NCBI GenBank assembly: GCA_044361365.1 | Contig: JBIKIW010000001.1 | Location: forward strand, 2,501-66,500 | Direction of reading: 5' to 3' | Source of the DNA: Limisphaerales bacterium | GTDB lineage: Bacteria; Patescibacteriota; JACMRA01 | DNA: 64,000 nt | Part shown: positions 63,808 through 64,000 of the stretch, piece after piece | How the letters are laid out: each line of letters starts with the position of its first letter | Numbering within the stretch: the first letter of the stretch is position 1 | Program-made: the position numbers and the translations under genes | The notes under the pieces: generated by a model | Told to the model about the DNA's origin: nothing | Databases searched by the model: none | What the model saw: only the letters and a program-made list of their open reading frames with translations

Positions 63808-64000
63808 TTGATACCAATGTTTTGATTTACACTTTCGTTGTAGATAGTCCATTTTATGCAAAAAGTAGAGAGTTTTTGGAAGGTTTAATTCAAGATAAAG
63901 AAGTGGAAATTTGCATTACTGAAAAATCACTTTTTGAAATGGTAGTTGTTTTTGCAAGTCCAGCTTTTTTGGGCAAAATTGAAGTGGTGCAAATAAAAGA
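63789..64000 (+). CDS. vapC: PIN-domain toxin (VapC-like), 3' partial
   Basis: The MATKVLIDTNVLIY N-terminus is nearly identical in style to the PIN gene at 2528-2983. The ORF runs off the window. Confidence 0.75.
   Translation, partial: MATKVLIDTNVLIYTFVVDSPFYAKSREFLEGLIQDKEVEICITEKSLFEMVVVFASPAFLGKIEVVQIK

Overview
This is an AT-rich bacterial window that uses the standard genetic code: UGA ends ORFs such as lepB at 24691-24693, and long housekeeping ORFs are intact. The gene style (a compact housekeeping set, many N-terminally anchored envelope proteins, a giant A2M-like protein, a PMT-type glycosyltransferase, V-type ATPase subunits) suggests an uncultivated CPR/Patescibacteria-like lineage, but that is inference only.

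Core genes recognised:
- Translation, RNA and protein quality control: nrdR, efp, rnc, an NOL1/NOP2/Sun RNA m5C methyltransferase, an HtrA-type protease, an M16 peptidase.
- Replication and repair: dnaX, gyrB, an HU-family protein, recG (helicase core only), uvrC (N-terminal half only).
- Envelope and secretion: secA, lepB, murG, uppS.
- Metabolism and transport: a transaldolase, fbaB, an isolated trpA, a SulP permease, V-ATPase subunits D and I.

RNA genes: tRNA-Ser(UGA), tRNA-Ile(UAU) with an adjacent partial tRNA(CAU) copy, tRNA-Leu(UAA), tRNA-Trp(CCA), and a 488-nt tmRNA.

The most unusual content is that aminoacyl-tRNA synthetase genes act as landing pads for foreign DNA:
1. cysS is one 1168-codon ORF. 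It carries an in-frame insertion of about 1.8 kb (a DUF559 endonuclease module bounded by GC-rich inverted repeats, plus two tandem P-loop kinase-like modules). It also carries a second insertion of about 76 codons.
2. valS is cut cleanly between its catalytic core and its anticodon-binding domain by a 3.35 kb four-gene cassette (PD-(D/E)xK protein, VapBC, DUF218). Further upstream it is fused in frame to a hydrolase fragment.
3. An orphan leuS CP1-domain fragment sits behind a fused nuclease-fold/methyltransferase gene.

A two-hairpin GC-rich element of about 48 nt occurs in frame in cysS and twice in dnaX. It is read in different frames and shows compensatory stem changes between copies, which resembles Rickettsia palindromic elements.

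Other accessory candidates are a restriction-nuclease-fold/ImmA-IrrE metallopeptidase fusion, a three-gene C5-methyltransferase/unknown/nuclease operon, two VapBC pairs, and a frameshifted tail-fibre-like gene next to tRNA-Leu. No CRISPR array, rRNA, transposase or integrase was seen.

All split-gene claims depend on assembly correctness and should be checked by read mapping.
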